NCBI GenBank assembly: GCA_009103225.1
Contig: RHPI01002904.1
Coordinates: forward strand, 1-7,975
Direction: 5' to 3'
DNA length: 7,975 bases
DNA from: Chlorokybus atmophyticus
Lineage: Eukaryota; Plantae; Mesostigma and Chlorokybus algae
This document shows, in pieces, positions 6,644-7,975 of this stretch. The first letter of the stretch is position 1; every line of letters begins with the position of its first letter. Made by a program: the position numbers and the translations under genes. Below the pieces are notes generated by a model. It ran no database searches. It was not told the origin of the DNA and worked only from the letters and a program-made list of their open reading frames with translations.

Positions 6644-7975
6644 GAGCCAAGTACATACCAGGAGGCACTGTAAGCACTTGATGCAGAGCAGTGGCAGCAA
6701 GCCATAGACGAGGGAATCGTGTTACTCAATGCTCACAAAACCTGGGTATTATAGAAGCTACCTTCAGGCGAGAAACCAATCCCTGTCCAGTGAGTCCTCA
6801 AGGTGAAGAGGAACGGTCTTCAAGGTGAAGAAAGACGGTCAAGACAACATGGAGCGTAACAAGGCAAGGCTGGTTGCAAAGGGCTTCTTGCGATAAGAGG
6901 GCGTGGACTTCAATGAGGTCTTCACGCCTGCAACATTCCGCACACTGCTTGCCCTGATTGCGGCTGAAGACTTGGCGCTTCACCACCTTGACGTGAAGAT
7001 TGCCTTCCTATACGGAGAGCGTGAGGAAGAGATCTACACCCAGCAACCACTAGGATATGAAGAAGGGGAGCTAGGCACTATTTGCAAGTTCATAAAGGCG
7101 TTGCATGGGCTGACAAGACAAGCACCACGCATGTGGCACATCCGCCTCATAAAGGAGTTGAAGGCACATAGCTTTTTGGCGTCCTCAGCAGACCGTGGAC
7201 TCTTCTTCCACCCTGAGAAGAAGGTGTACCTGTTGGTGTACGTAGATGACATCATTATAACCGCCAAGCACATGAAGGACTTAGAGGAGACAAAGAAGGC
7301 ACTGCAGCAAGCGTTCTTAGTGCGTGATCTTGGAGGGGCCAAGTGGTTCCTTGGCATGGTGATTGAATGCGACAGAGCGGCGCGCACCATTAAGATCCGT
7401 CAGGAGCAGATGGTGAAGAGACTTTTCATCAAATTCGGGCTCAAAGATGCAACGACCAAGTCTACTCCACTCGCACTCGGCACCCATCTCGTCAAGGCAA
7501 ATGATGAGGAGGTTCTTGACAAGGCCAAGTACCCCTACGGTAAATTGGTATGCAGCATGCTCTATCTAGCAATGTGCACACGTCCAGACATTGCACATGC
7601 TGTTGGAGTCTTTGCTCGTTACATGTTTGCACCGAGCATGGAGCATTTGATGGCTGCAAAGGGTGTACTTTGGTCGGTTGCTGGGAGTGCAACTATTGAC
7701 ATCAGGTTTGTGAGGGGGAGCTCACAGTTGGAAGGCTACTGCAGTTCAGACTTTGCAAGCGACCTTGCCAGCAGGAGGTCCACTACCGGATAAATTTTCA
7801 AGCTGAATGAAGGCATCGTGAGCTGGAGCAGCAGGCTATAGCCACCTACAGCGGCATCCACTTCAGAGACTGAATACATGGCAGCAGCATCAGCTACAAA
7901 GGAGGCATTATGGCTTCGCAAGTTACTGGCAGATCTGGAGCACTACAAGGCGTGCATCACATCCACTGCGTCATT
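6644..7975 (+). pseudogene. pol: Copia reverse transcriptase and start of RNase H, inactivated
   Basis: Motifs: EPSTYQEAL, WQQAID, KARLVAKGF, LDVKIAFLYG, QAPRMW, YVDD (7239-7250), FLGM, TRPDIAHAVG, RRSTTG, STSETEYMA, EALWLRKLL. In-frame stops at 6671, 6752, 6791, 6894, 7791 and 7839. A 22-bp duplication causes a frameshift. Confidence 0.95.
6794..6837 (+). repeat. 22-bp tandem duplication inside Copia RT
   Basis: GTCCTCAAGGTGAAGAGGAACG (6794-6815) and GTCTTCAAGGTGAAGAAAGACG (6816-6837) differ at 4 positions. The duplication shifts the reading frame. Confidence 0.85.

Larger units (their letters stand above)
5542..7975 (+). mobile_element. Ty1/Copia LTR retrotransposon relic (pol only, 5'-truncated, continues past the window end)
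   Basis: Domain order is pre-integrase, integrase, SH3-like, RT, RNase H, which is the Copia order. No gag, protease, PBS or 5' LTR is visible upstream. Confidence 0.95.

Overview
Eukaryotic, transposon-dense window with short spliceosomal introns. An algal-type host is my inference only. Left to right: (1) the 3' 206 codons of an intact, intronless, compact prokaryote/phage-like C5 DNA cytosine methyltransferase (+, <3..623; SPPCQ, IENV, RHRLFE and NAVPP motifs). (2) Tail-to-tail with it, 203 bp away, a ~910-codon Plavaka-type (CMC/EnSpm-related) DDE transposase gene (-, 4005..827). It has 5 predicted introns, an N-terminal zinc finger and all recognisable catalytic motifs, but three separate 1-nt deletions. 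(3) A 440-bp intergenic region with a central TA tract and six inverted copies of GTACCATT forming hairpins. (4) A candidate multi-exon gene of unknown function, transcribed divergently (+, 4446..>5314), which the ORF track does not show as one gene. (5) A cluster of short TTCA/TGAA-core repeats. (6) A 5'-truncated, heavily decayed Ty1/Copia pol relic (5542..>7975). The main hypothesis is a DNA transposon carrying its own cytosine methyltransferase as cargo. The element ends are not visible, so physical linkage remains inferred.
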